Shown here: positions 11,812-21,297 of the stretch, piece by piece
Position numbering within the stretch: position 1 is the first letter of the stretch
Layout: each line of letters starts with the position of its first letter
Source of the DNA: Aliivibrio fischeri ES114
GTDB lineage: Bacteria > Pseudomonadota > Gammaproteobacteria > Enterobacterales > Vibrionaceae
Direction: 5' to 3' (one strand)
DNA: 32,000 bases
Assembly: GCF_000011805.1 (NCBI RefSeq)
Contig: NC_006840.2
Notes under the pieces: model-generated
Seen by the model: only the letters and a program-made list of their open reading frames with translations
Told to the model about the DNA's origin: nothing
Databases searched by the model: none
Program-made: the position numbers and the translations under genes

Positions 11812-12980
11812 GATTTACCTCCTTCAGTTGCTTTTGGGGTGTCACCAATCGCTTGAACATTACGGCGAAGTCGCTCTGAAATGAAGTCCGACAATAGCGC
11901 TTGAGTCTTCATTTTCTTTGGATAACGAACGTCTACTTTGTATTTTGCTAAAGAGTCTAGCTGAGCCATAAAGCTTTTCACTGCAGGATCATCTTGTTGG
12001 AAGTACTGAGAAGACCACAGTTTTGCGCTTTCTAGTGATGTTGCATAAACCTCACTTTGCTCACGATAAAGTGCTTTAGATGCCAGTAGCAATTTGCCTT
12101 TAATGTTCTCTTTTAAGTAAAAATGCTGCTCAGGGCTAAGTAGTGGAATAACGTTACCTTCACGAACTCGATATGTAATGAAGTGGCCAGCAAAATCATT
12201 AAGAGATTGTTTTAGGTTTGATTGCCAATCATTAATGTTGGTTGAAACGTGTTTTTCTTCGACAGCATCAGCTTCTGGAAGAACGGCGCTTGCCAATGGC
12301 AGTTTATTAATTTGTTGTTCTAGGCTATTTAGTTTTAATACTAAGCCATCACGGTCAATTAATGGGATCGCTTTTAATGTCGCAATGTCATCAGCCATTG
12401 CGCGACGTAGCGGTGTAAGGCTTGGATCGTTTAATGCAGAAATTCGTTGGTCTGCGTTTTCCATTAAACGCGTTGCACTGACCACATCATGTTCCAACCA
12501 TAATTTACGACCAGCCATTTTTACTAAGTAATCCGCTTCTGCAAGTAACCAGTCATTTGGACGACGACCTTTGATATCAGCAATCGCCAATTGAAGGCTA
12601 GCAATGCTCTTATCTTGTTGCTGCATTAGAACCGTCGCCTTACGTACAATCTCATCTGCTTTATCGGTAATGCGCTGCTCTGCTGCAACCAGTTTTGCAT
12701 CAAGCGTGGTATCTGCTGTTTTTAATTTTTGCTCAAGTTGAGCGATTTGGATTTGTTGTTGGGTAACTTGTTGTTGCGAAGCTAAGAAGGCACCGCCACT
12801 GAATAAAATAGAGATAATAATGGCAACAGTCCCTAAGCGACGGCCTTTTTTATCGACAATATTTTCAGTGTTAGAAGCAGAGTGTGTGGTGGTTTTCTCT
12901 GGCTCTTTTTTTATATCAGGGGCTGTAGTCACAACCGGCTTATCTTCGGTTGGCTGTGTTGTATTATTATTTTTTGTCAT
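11808..12980 (-). CDS. hemX: HemX family membrane protein
   Basis: 390 aa; single TM and coiled coil; WLLAEADYLVKMAGRKLWLEHD typical of HemX; overlaps hemY by 4 bp. Confidence 0.9.
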   Translation of the reverse strand: MTKNNNTTQPTEDKPVVTTAPDIKKEPEKTTTHSASNTENIVDKKGRRLGTVAIIISILFSGGAFLASQQQVTQQQIQIAQLEQKLKTADTTLDAKLVAAEQRITDKADEIVRKATVLMQQQDKSIASLQLAIADIKGRRPNDWLLAEADYLVKMAGRKLWLEHDVVSATRLMENADQRISALNDPSLTPLRRAMADDIATLKAIPLIDRDGLVLKLNSLEQQINKLPLASAVLPEADAVEEKHVSTNINDWQSNLKQSLNDFAGHFITYRVREGNVIPLLSPEQHFYLKENIKGKLLLASKALYREQSEVYATSLESAKLWSSQYFQQDDPAVKSFMAQLDSLAKYKVDVRYPKKMKTQALLSDFISERLRRNVQAIGDTPKATEGGKS

Positions 12981-13738
12981 TTGAAAATCCCATCATAATG
13001 ATGCTCACTGATATAGTGCAGCAAGTCGGAATTAGAGGCTCCGCCAACCGTTTCAATATGTTGATAACCAAGTTCTTTTGCAAACTGGTTAATGCGCTCA
13101 CTTGGTACCAATAATCTAAGCTTCAGTACCCAATTTAAATCTGTACTTGTAAATTGAGAGGTGAAAAAAGAGAGTTGTTCACCACTGGTCACAATCAATG
13201 TGTTTACGTTCTTTTCTTGCCACTCTCGAGTTTTGATAGATGCATCAAATGCGATGGCTTGACGTTGGTAAGCCTCGCAATATGTCACGTCCACATTGAG
13301 ATCGTTCAGAACTTGATAAATCAGATCCCGTCCGCCATTTCCTCGAAGAATAATGGCTTTTTTCCCTGTCGCGTTTTGTAAGACAGGAAGGGCTAATAAA
13401 TGTTCACTGTCGCTATGGGTTGGGTAGTGTACTGGATCTGAAATATACTTTTTGAGGTGTTGAGCGCTCTTTTGACCGACCGCAATATAATTAACCCCCT
13501 GTTTCCACTCTAATTGTAGCTGTTTTAAATAATTTTGCGTGTGCTCAACAGCGTGCTGACTAACAGCGATAATAAAATCACCATCATTAAGTGAATAAAA
13601 TAGCCTAGGGAGTTGAGACAGTTCATTGCCGGGGTGGATGGTGATAAGAGGGTGAGAAATAGCTGGATGCCCTGATTGATTCAAGGCATCACATAAAGCT
13701 TGGCTCTCTTGCTCAGGGCGAGTCACCAAAATCGTCAT
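12977..13738 (-). CDS. hemD: Uroporphyrinogen-III synthase
   Basis: 253 aa; MTILVTRPEQES N-terminus; directly downstream of hemC. Confidence 0.9.
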   Translation of the reverse strand: MTILVTRPEQESQALCDALNQSGHPAISHPLITIHPGNELSQLPRLFYSLNDGDFIIAVSQHAVEHTQNYLKQLQLEWKQGVNYIAVGQKSAQHLKKYISDPVHYPTHSDSEHLLALPVLQNATGKKAIILRGNGGRDLIYQVLNDLNVDVTYCEAYQRQAIAFDASIKTREWQEKNVNTLIVTSGEQLSFFTSQFTSTDLNWVLKLRLLVPSERINQFAKELGYQHIETVGGASNSDLLHYISEHHYDGIFK

Positions 13739-13740
13739 AG

Positions 13741-14676
13741 TTACGCTTCTGCGTATAGGCGTTCTAAAATTTCTTTCGCGCCATCGTTTAAAAGTTGATC
13801 TGCAAGTTGAGTACCTAAAGCTTCCGCGTCAGAAACCGGTCCAGATACTTCACCACGGATCATCACTGAGCCATCAGGTTCGCCAACAAGAGCACGTAAC
13901 CAAATTTGGTCACCATCAATTAGTGAGTAGCTACCGATTGGTACTTGGCAACCACCTTCTAGGCGATTATTCATCGCACGTTCACACAGAACTCGGTTTG
14001 CTGTTTCTGGGTGATTTAGAGGTTCAAGTAAAGCACGAAGGCGATCGTCATCTAAGCGAGCTTCAATACCAACGGCACCTTGACCTACAGCAGGTAATGA
14101 TTGCTCAGGTTCGATTGCACTTTTGATTCGGTCTTCTAGACCTAAACGAATTAAACCAGCACAAGCAAGAATGATCGCATCGTAGTTACCATCATCCAGT
14201 TTTTGTAGACGAGTTCCCACATTACCGCGTAATTCTTTGATAATAAGATCAGGACGAGCTTCTTTAAGTTGGCATTGACGACGTAGGCTACAAGTACCAA
14301 CAACGGCGCCTTGAGGTAACTCATCAATATTGTTGTAAGTGTTCGATACAAATGCGTCACGTGGGTCTTCACGCTCACAAATCGTAACAAGACCTAGACC
14401 TTCAGGAAATTCAACTGGCACGTCTTTCATTGAGTGAACAGCAAGGTCTGCGCGGCCTTCTAGCATCGCAACTTCAAGTTCTTTAACGAATAAGCCTTTT
14501 CCGCCAACTTTTGCTAATGGCGTATCAAGAATAATGTCGCCTTTCGTTACCATAGTAACCAATTCAACTTCCAAACCTGGGTGAGCGGCTTGTAGTGCAT
14601 CTTTAACAAAGTGGGCTTGCCATAGAGCCAAAGGGCTTTTACGAGTGGCGATACGAACAGGTAATTGCTGTGACAT
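13741..14676 (-). CDS. hemC: Porphobilinogen deaminase (hydroxymethylbilane synthase)
   Basis: [52 protein letters not shown]. Confidence 0.97.
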   Translation of the reverse strand: MSQQLPVRIATRKSPLALWQAHFVKDALQAAHPGLEVELVTMVTKGDIILDTPLAKVGGKGLFVKELEVAMLEGRADLAVHSMKDVPVEFPEGLGLVTICEREDPRDAFVSNTYNNIDELPQGAVVGTCSLRRQCQLKEARPDLIIKELRGNVGTRLQKLDDGNYDAIILACAGLIRLGLEDRIKSAIEPEQSLPAVGQGAVGIEARLDDDRLRALLEPLNHPETANRVLCERAMNNRLEGGCQVPIGSYSLIDGDQIWLRALVGEPDGSVMIRGEVSGPVSDAEALGTQLADQLLNDGAKEILERLYAEA

Positions 14677-14836
14677 AGTAGTATCCGATCAAAATAATTA
14701 CCTTATCCTACCATTACTTAAGGGTGAGGTGAAAATACTGGATGACAACAGTGTGATTATGGGTTAAAAACATCAGCGCAAAAGGTAAGGGTATTACTTT
14801 TTGTAGTGATGCGCTAAACTTTACGTCCAAAGTTAA

Positions 14837-14858
14837 AAGTGTTATCTTGATCACGTTT
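14837..14858. promoter_or_regulatory. CRP-binding site upstream of cyaA
   Basis: AAGTGTTATCTTGATCACGTTT; 8/10 match to TGTGA-N6-TCACA; abuts TATAGT at 14859-14864. Confidence 0.7.
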
Positions 14859-14933
14859 TATAGTCGGTATTGAACGAATGCTGTTCAATATTCACCATCA
14901 TCTTAGATGACAAAGATTAGCTAGGCTTTCTAT

Positions 14934-17459
14934 TTGCAAACCTATATTGAAACATTAATTGCTCGACAGCAACGCCTCACGGAACAACGTGTAGAGCGAG
15001 CTTTAGCACTAATGAAACCACTTGGGCAAGAGATCTTCCATCAATTGCCATTGCTATTGCATTTCAATCATTCGGAGCTTCCGGGTTTTGTTGAAGGTGC
15101 TCCTAGTGGTATTAAACAATTTCATGCAAATAAAAAGCAGCGTGAGTGGATGGCTCAACTTACGCTTCGTTATCCTTTATCTACTTCAAATCAAGGTAAT
15201 ATTCTTGGTTTGTATTCAATGGGTAGTACTTCTTCTATTGGCCAAACCGTTGCCAGTGATCTCGATATTTGGGTTTGTATTCCTGAAAATCTTCCTGCCG
15301 AGAAAAAAGCACTTCTACAGCAAAAATGTGATGCACTCACCGAGTGGGCATTGCAGTTTTATATTGAAGCTAACTTCTTCTTAATGGAACAGAATCGCTT
15401 TAGAGATGCGTATTCTGAAGAGATGACAGGTGATAACTGTGGTTCTTCACAACATCTTCTTTTGCTTGATGAGTTTTATCGTACCGCCGTATGTCTTGGT
15501 GGACAGCAATTGCTATGGCAAATCATCCCTCCAGAAATGGAAGAAAGTTATGATGATTATGTCGATCAGTTGTGTGAGCAAGGGATTATTCAGCGTGACC
15601 AATGGATTGATTTTGGTCGTCTTAACCATATTCCTGCAGAAGAGTATTTTGGCTCAAGTTTATGGCAACTATATAAAAGTATCGATTCACCGTTTAAATC
15701 GGTGTTAAAAGCGATCTTATTGGAAGCTTATTCTTGGGAGTACCCGCATACACAACTATTAAGCATTGATAGTAAACGCCGATTCTTTGCCGATGATCCT
15801 GATCTTTATGGGATGGATGCGTACTACCTGATGCTTGAAAAAGTGACTCGTTATCTTGAACGAACCAATGATATGTCTCGTTTAGAGTTGGTTCGTCGTA
15901 GTTTCTATTTGAAAACACATGAGAAGCTTTCAAGAAGACAAGGTCAAGGTTCAGTTGAATGGCGTCGTAAGGCGTTAAGTGAGTTAACGACACAATGGGG
16001 ATGGAGCTCTGAATACATTACAGAGTTAGACTCTCGTCGTACTTGGAAAGTAGAACAGGTGAAGAAATCACACCACGATCTGCTTGAAGCCTTGATGCAA
16101 AGTTACCGAAACTTGATCCGTTTTGCGCGTAATAATGACATAACGTCGTCGATCAGCCCTGAAGATATCAGTATTCTTGCTCGTAAGCTTTATGCTGCAT
16201 TTGAAGAACTTCCAGGTAAGGTAACGCTACTTAATCCTCAGATTTCACCAGATTTACACGAAGCGGATTTAAGTTTTATTGAGGTGCCAGAAGACAGCAT
16301 TAATAAAGCTGGCTGGTACGTTTATAAAAAACCATTAATTGCTAAAGAATTAATGGGCGCTAAATTTTTAGAGCATAACCGATATTTAAGTAAATTAGTG
16401 GCATGGGCGTTCTTTAATGGCTTGCTAACGGAATCAACACGTTTGGATGCCGTGGTTCGTGATGCTGATTTGAATATCGATAAGTTCTACCAAATGGTGA
16501 GCGATTTAAGAAACACTTTCTCTGTGTACTTACCGCAGCCAACCAAAGAAGAATTAGGCAGTCCTTGTGAAGTTCGCCAACTTTCTATTTTTATTAATTT
16601 AGAAAGCGACCCAACAGAGCGATTGAAACTGAAACCTGAGCGTATGAATCAAGCTGATGCGGATATCTTCAGTTGTGGTAGTGAGCAAAATAACTTAATT
16701 GGTAGCGTTGATTTAGTGTATCGAAATTCATGGCATGAAGTGAGAACACTAAACTTTAGCGGTGAAACCGCCATTCTTGATGCGTTAAAAACCGTATTGT
16801 GCAAAATGCACCAAGATGCGGCTCGTCCAGAATCTGTAGATGTGTTTTGTTACAGCAAACAGATGCGTGGCATTATTCGTAATAACATTTATCAACTGCT
16901 GGCTGAGTGTATTGAGCTTCGTCTAAAGCCTGTTGAAAATAACGAAAAACGTCGTCGTTTCAAAGGCATCAAAATTGGTTCAACCATGTATGGATTGTTC
17001 TTTGAGCGTCGTGGTGTATCGATTCAAAAACTGGAAGATTCCGTTCAGTTTTATTCGAGTATTTCTACCAATAAGGCGATTGGTTCAACCACCATACCTT
17101 TGGGTGATAACAGTGGTGTGGTTATCCCTGATGCGGTGGACTCATTTGCGAGTGAAGGTTTGATCCAATTCTTCTTTGATGATTCGCAAAATGATGACGA
17201 TGGTTTCAATATTTATGTCTTAGATGAAGAGAATAAGATTGAAATCTATCACCAATGTTATGGCAGCAAAGATGATATGGTGAACAGCATTAATCACTAT
17301 TACACTTCAAGTCGTAATAACGAAGATTTGTCCAATCCAGATAAGGTGAACTTTAACTTACCTCAGTTTTATGAGGTGGTGTATGGTGATACACAAGAGG
17401 CGTCGATTCATTCATATCGTAGTGGACAGCAACACGCGAAAGTAAAACAAGTCATCTAA
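14934..17459 (+). CDS. cyaA: Class I adenylate cyclase
   Basis: 841 aa, TTG start; QTYIETLIARQQRL..., GSTSSIGQTVASDLDIWVC, RNSWHEVRTLNFSGE. Confidence 0.97.
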   Translation: MQTYIETLIARQQRLTEQRVERALALMKPLGQEIFHQLPLLLHFNHSELPGFVEGAPSGIKQFHANKKQREWMAQLTLRYPLSTSNQGNILGLYSMGSTSSIGQTVASDLDIWVCIPENLPAEKKALLQQKCDALTEWALQFYIEANFFLMEQNRFRDAYSEEMTGDNCGSSQHLLLLDEFYRTAVCLGGQQLLWQIIPPEMEESYDDYVDQLCEQGIIQRDQWIDFGRLNHIPAEEYFGSSLWQLYKSIDSPFKSVLKAILLEAYSWEYPHTQLLSIDSKRRFFADDPDLYGMDAYYLMLEKVTRYLERTNDMSRLELVRRSFYLKTHEKLSRRQGQGSVEWRRKALSELTTQWGWSSEYITELDSRRTWKVEQVKKSHHDLLEALMQSYRNLIRFARNNDITSSISPEDISILARKLYAAFEELPGKVTLLNPQISPDLHEADLSFIEVPEDSINKAGWYVYKKPLIAKELMGAKFLEHNRYLSKLVAWAFFNGLLTESTRLDAVVRDADLNIDKFYQMVSDLRNTFSVYLPQPTKEELGSPCEVRQLSIFINLESDPTERLKLKPERMNQADADIFSCGSEQNNLIGSVDLVYRNSWHEVRTLNFSGETAILDALKTVLCKMHQDAARPESVDVFCYSKQMRGIIRNNIYQLLAECIELRLKPVENNEKRRRFKGIKIGSTMYGLFFERRGVSIQKLEDSVQFYSSISTNKAIGSTTIPLGDNSGVVIPDAVDSFASEGLIQFFFDDSQNDDDGFNIYVLDEENKIEIYHQCYGSKDDMVNSINHYYTSSRNNEDLSNPDKVNFNLPQFYEVVYGDTQEASIHSYRSGQQHAKVKQVI

Positions 17460-17518
17460 AAAGCAAAAAGAGATCCGAGATTTGGGTCTCACTTCATTTC
17501 AGTATATACTCCGTCTAC

Positions 17519-17534
17519 ATGTATAAATAACCAG
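17519..17534. promoter_or_regulatory. Candidate LexA/SOS box upstream of uvrD
   Basis: ATGTATAAATAACCAG; 13/16 identical to the recalled E. coli uvrD box CTGTATATATACCCAG. Confidence 0.5.
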
Positions 17535-17543
17535 TGTGATGTG

Positions 17544-19745
17544 ATGGACGTTTCTTTTCTTCTTGATGGTCTTAATGACAAACAGCGCGAAGCCGTAGCC
17601 GCTCCGTTAGAAAACATGCTTGTACTTGCGGGTGCCGGTAGTGGTAAAACTCGAGTACTTGTTCATCGTATCGCATGGTTAATGCAAATTGAGCAAGCGT
17701 CTCCTTTCTCTATCATGTCAGTGACCTTTACCAATAAAGCTGCAGCTGAAATGCGTGGTCGTATTGAAGAGCTAATGCATGGTAGTGCAGGTGGTATGTG
17801 GAATGGTACTTTCCACGGTATCTGTCACCGTATTCTTCGAGCTCATTATCTTGATGCAAAACTGCCTGAAGGTTTCCAAATTATTGATTCTGATGATCAA
17901 CAACGTTTATTAAAACGATTGATCAAAGCGCAAAACTTGGATGATAAAAACTGGCCAGCTCGTCAAGCGGCTTGGTTTATTAATGGTAAAAAAGACGAAG
18001 GTTTACGCCCTCACCAAATTAACTCTTTTAACGATCCAATTACTCAAACATGGCTGAAAGTTTACAGTGCTTATCAAGAGGCTTGTGATCGTGCTGGTTT
18101 AGTGGATTTTGCTGAAATCTTACTGCGTGCACATGAGTTACTTCGTGATCATAAGCATATCCGAGAGCACTACCAAGCGCGTTTTAAGCATATTTTGGTG
18201 GACGAATTTCAAGATACCAACAACATCCAATACGCTTGGCTACGCATGATGGCAGGGTCAGATTGTGATGTGATGATCGTAGGTGATGATGACCAATCCA
18301 TTTATGGTTGGCGTGGTGCTCAGATTGAAAATATTCAAAAATTCTTAGATGAATTTGTTGGTGCAAAAACCATTCGTCTAGAACAAAACTACCGTTCAAC
18401 GGCCAATATTCTAAATGCAGCCAACGAATTGATCAGTAACAACACTGAGCGTATGGGTAAGAAGCTATGGACTGAAGGGGTTGAAGGCGACTTAATCTCC
18501 ATTTATTCGGCGTATAACGAATTAGATGAAGCACGCTTTGCTGTCGGTAAGATTAAAGAGTGGCGTGATAATGGTGGCGCACTTGAAGACTCTGCATTTT
18601 TATACCGTAATAACGCCCAATCTCGTGTGCTTGAAGAAGCTTTAATTCAAGCGGGCCTACCGTACCGAATTTATGGTGGCATGCGATTTTTCGAACGACA
18701 AGAGATCAAAGATGCTTTGTCTTACTTACGTTTAATGAATAACCGTAATGATGATGCTGCATTTGAACGTGTTGTTAATACGCCTACTCGTGGCTTAGGT
18801 GACAAAACGTTAGAGACAGTACGTTTTGCTGCTCGTGAGCGTGGAGCAACCATGTGGCAAGCGAGTATCGCTTTAATTGAAGAGCAAGTATTACCGGGTC
18901 GTGCTGCTGGGGCATTAAGCCGTTTTATCGAGCTAATTAATGCACTAGAAGACGACACCCGTGATTGTCGTCTGCATGAACAAACTGACCAAGTGATTAA
19001 AAGCTCAGGTTTGTTTGCTATGTATGAACAAGAGAAAGGCGAAAAATCAAAAGCGCGTATTGAGAACTTGGAAGAGCTGGTAACGGCAACTCGACAGTTT
19101 GAAAAACCTGAAGAAGCAGAAGAGATGACCGATCTGACGGCTTTCTTAACTCATGCAGCATTAGAGGCGGGTGAAGGTCAGGCTGATGAGTTTGAAGATG
19201 CCGTTCAATTAATGACATTACACAGTGCTAAAGGGCTAGAGTTCCCACTTGTGTTTATGGTTGGTGTTGAAGAAGGCATGTTCCCAAGCCAAATGTCAGC
19301 AGAAGAAGCTGGACGTTTAGAAGAAGAGCGTCGTCTTTGTTATGTTGGCATGACTCGTGCGATGGAGAAACTTTATATTACGTATGCAGAGATGCGTCGT
19401 TTGTATGGCCAAGATAAATACCACAAACCATCTCGTTTCATTAAAGAGATCCCAACAGAATGCGTAGAAGAAGTACGTATGAAGGCGAAAGTGAGTCGTA
19501 CAGGGTCATATGGCAGTTATGGTCAAAGCGCTTCATCAGACAGTCGTTTTGGCCAAAAAGCCGTGAACAACAATTTCAATGAAACAGGCTATGCATTAGG
19601 GCAGCGAGTGAAGCATCCAAAGTTTGGTGAAGGAACCATTATCAACTTTGAAGGCGCAGGGCCACAGGGTCGTGTGCAAGTTGCGTTTAATGGTGAAGGA
19701 ATTAAATGGTTGGTTACTCAGTACGCTAAGCTAGAATCAATGTAG
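17544..19745 (+). CDS. uvrD: DNA helicase II
   Basis: MDVSFLLDGLNDKQREAVAAP, LAGAGSGKTRVL, DEFQDTNNIQY; ATG at 17544 matches the E. coli start (track starts at the GTG, 17541). Confidence 0.97.
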   Translation: MDVSFLLDGLNDKQREAVAAPLENMLVLAGAGSGKTRVLVHRIAWLMQIEQASPFSIMSVTFTNKAAAEMRGRIEELMHGSAGGMWNGTFHGICHRILRAHYLDAKLPEGFQIIDSDDQQRLLKRLIKAQNLDDKNWPARQAAWFINGKKDEGLRPHQINSFNDPITQTWLKVYSAYQEACDRAGLVDFAEILLRAHELLRDHKHIREHYQARFKHILVDEFQDTNNIQYAWLRMMAGSDCDVMIVGDDDQSIYGWRGAQIENIQKFLDEFVGAKTIRLEQNYRSTANILNAANELISNNTERMGKKLWTEGVEGDLISIYSAYNELDEARFAVGKIKEWRDNGGALEDSAFLYRNNAQSRVLEEALIQAGLPYRIYGGMRFFERQEIKDALSYLRLMNNRNDDAAFERVVNTPTRGLGDKTLETVRFAARERGATMWQASIALIEEQVLPGRAAGALSRFIELINALEDDTRDCRLHEQTDQVIKSSGLFAMYEQEKGEKSKARIENLEELVTATRQFEKPEEAEEMTDLTAFLTHAALEAGEGQADEFEDAVQLMTLHSAKGLEFPLVFMVGVEEGMFPSQMSAEEAGRLEEERRLCYVGMTRAMEKLYITYAEMRRLYGQDKYHKPSRFIKEIPTECVEEVRMKAKVSRTGSYGSYGQSASSDSRFGQKAVNNNFNETGYALGQRVKHPKFGEGTIINFEGAGPQGRVQVAFNGEGIKWLVTQYAKLESM

Positions 19746-19767
19746 GTTGGTTTTTAATCAATAAAAT

Positions 19768-19799
19768 AAAAAAAGAGAGCAAATATGCTCTCTTTTTTT
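19768..19799. terminator. Intrinsic terminator downstream of uvrD, potentially bidirectional
   Basis: AAAAGAGAGCA-aata-TGCTCTCTTTT with A/T tracts. Confidence 0.85.
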
Positions 19800-19804
19800 A
19801 TCTA

Positions 19805-19972
19805 TTATTTAGCCACATCTGAATTCATCGTAAAAGGACTTAAAAATTGTAATTCATTACAATTGTGACATTTAAATTTCTTTGTATTACGTTGAGTGAT
19901 GTATCTTTCAACAAAACTTCGTTTAGATGGTAATAGCGGTAGTTCCGCTTTACAGTTTTTACACCTAGCCAT
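19805..19972 (-). CDS. Small zinc-ribbon protein, 55 aa
   Basis: Hand translation of the minus strand: MARCKNCKAELPLLPSKRSFVERYITQRNTKKFKCHNCNELQFLSPFTMNSDVAK*; two CxxC knuckles (CKNC, CHNC); below the ORF-track length cutoff. Confidence 0.65.
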   Translation of the reverse strand: MARCKNCKAELPLLPSKRSFVERYITQRNTKKFKCHNCNELQFLSPFTMNSDVAK

Positions 19973-20163
19973 ATATTGAACCTATTTACAATGTTATCAA
20001 TAGTTTATGATATTTTTATTAAACCAGTGTCACATATTGAGAAATAAATTTCACGGATATATTGCTAATTAAGTATAAAAAAGTGCAATAAATAGGCGTA
20101 GATCTAAATATAAAAATTAGGTATACATTTTAATGTTACAAAATTATACCTAGCTGTTTAGTG

Positions 20164-21069
20164 TTATTTATTCTTTTTGTTTCTAGCCATGAAAGCATCT
20201 GTGGTAAAGATAACTAATGCACCCCAAATAAACCCAAAAGTAATTGCTTTATCAGCACTAAATTCTTCCCCATATAATCCGACCGCTAGCAAGAACATTA
20301 AGCTTGGGCCTATATATTGGAAAAAGCCTAGTGTAGACAGTTTTAGCCGAGTAGCTGCTCCAGTAAAACAGAGTAATGGGACAGTTGTGATGATACCGGC
20401 AGCGATCAGCAACAGATTTAAGTTCAGCGTATTTTCACTAAAATTTGATGTCGCAGAATCAGCAATAAACAATAGATAAATTAGGGTAAGTGGTAACATC
20501 ACTAAGGTTTCTATAAATAATCCGGTTTGTGCATCCATTGCGACTTTTTTACGAAGTAATCCATAAAATCCAAAACTACACGCAAGCGCAATGGCGACAA
20601 CTGGAATTGAGCCAAAGGTTATTAGTTGGATTAGCACTCCAGCACTTGCAAATAGAACCGCGACCCATTGAAGCCGTCTTAATCGCTCCCCAAGAAAAAT
20701 CATTCCGAGAACAACGTTGAGCAGCGGATTAATGTAATAACCTAAGCTCGCGTCCAGCATATGTCCGGCATTTACAGCCCAGATAAATATCAGCCAATTA
20801 GCACCAATTAATACACTGGTTGTAATTAGATAAGTCATTTTTTTCTTATCTTTTAGTGTATTGATAACCGTTGCCCAGCCTTTGGAAAAAGAGAGTAATG
20901 CCGCCAAAAAGAAAAAAGACCAAATAACACGGTGACTTAAAATCTCTAAAGGAGAGACTTCGCTGATGGTTTTAAAATAAATTGGTGCAATGCCCCATAT
21001 GGTGTAAGCACCAAGAGCAAATAAGACACCCTGACGAGTGCGTTGTTGTTCGAGAGTCGTTGTTGGCAT
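20164..21069 (-). CDS. rarD: EamA/DMT-family transporter RarD
   Basis: GVLFALGAYTIWGIAPIYFK, HRVIWSF, GYYINPLLNVVLGMIFLGERL; start moved to MPTTTLEQQ. Confidence 0.93.
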   Translation of the reverse strand: MPTTTLEQQRTRQGVLFALGAYTIWGIAPIYFKTISEVSPLEILSHRVIWSFFFLAALLSFSKGWATVINTLKDKKKMTYLITTSVLIGANWLIFIWAVNAGHMLDASLGYYINPLLNVVLGMIFLGERLRRLQWVAVLFASAGVLIQLITFGSIPVVAIALACSFGFYGLLRKKVAMDAQTGLFIETLVMLPLTLIYLLFIADSATSNFSENTLNLNLLLIAAGIITTVPLLCFTGAATRLKLSTLGFFQYIGPSLMFLLAVGLYGEEFSADKAITFGFIWGALVIFTTDAFMARNKKNK

Positions 21070-21297
21070 ATGTGAGTTCTTAACAGTGCGAGTAAAATAG
21101 AAAAAAGAGAATGTCAGGAGTGACACTCTAAAGATATTATTATTTTCGCTAGTATATATGACGTTAGAAAAAGATGCTTTTTTAATCGTGTATTGAAGAT
21201 AATACAGTGTCGAATATGCCGTGTTTTTTCCTATTGCTCTTTTACTCACCGATAAGCATGGGTAGAATGAGCCTCCCATATTATTGATGAGTTTTTT

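Noticed and set aside
14151-14390. Antisense ORF opposite hemC
   Set aside because: Overlaps conserved hemC coding sequence; translation is low-complexity and lacks features of a real protein.
15022-15993. Out-of-frame and antisense ORFs inside cyaA
   Set aside because: Fully nested in cyaA, where the main frame is continuous and well conserved.
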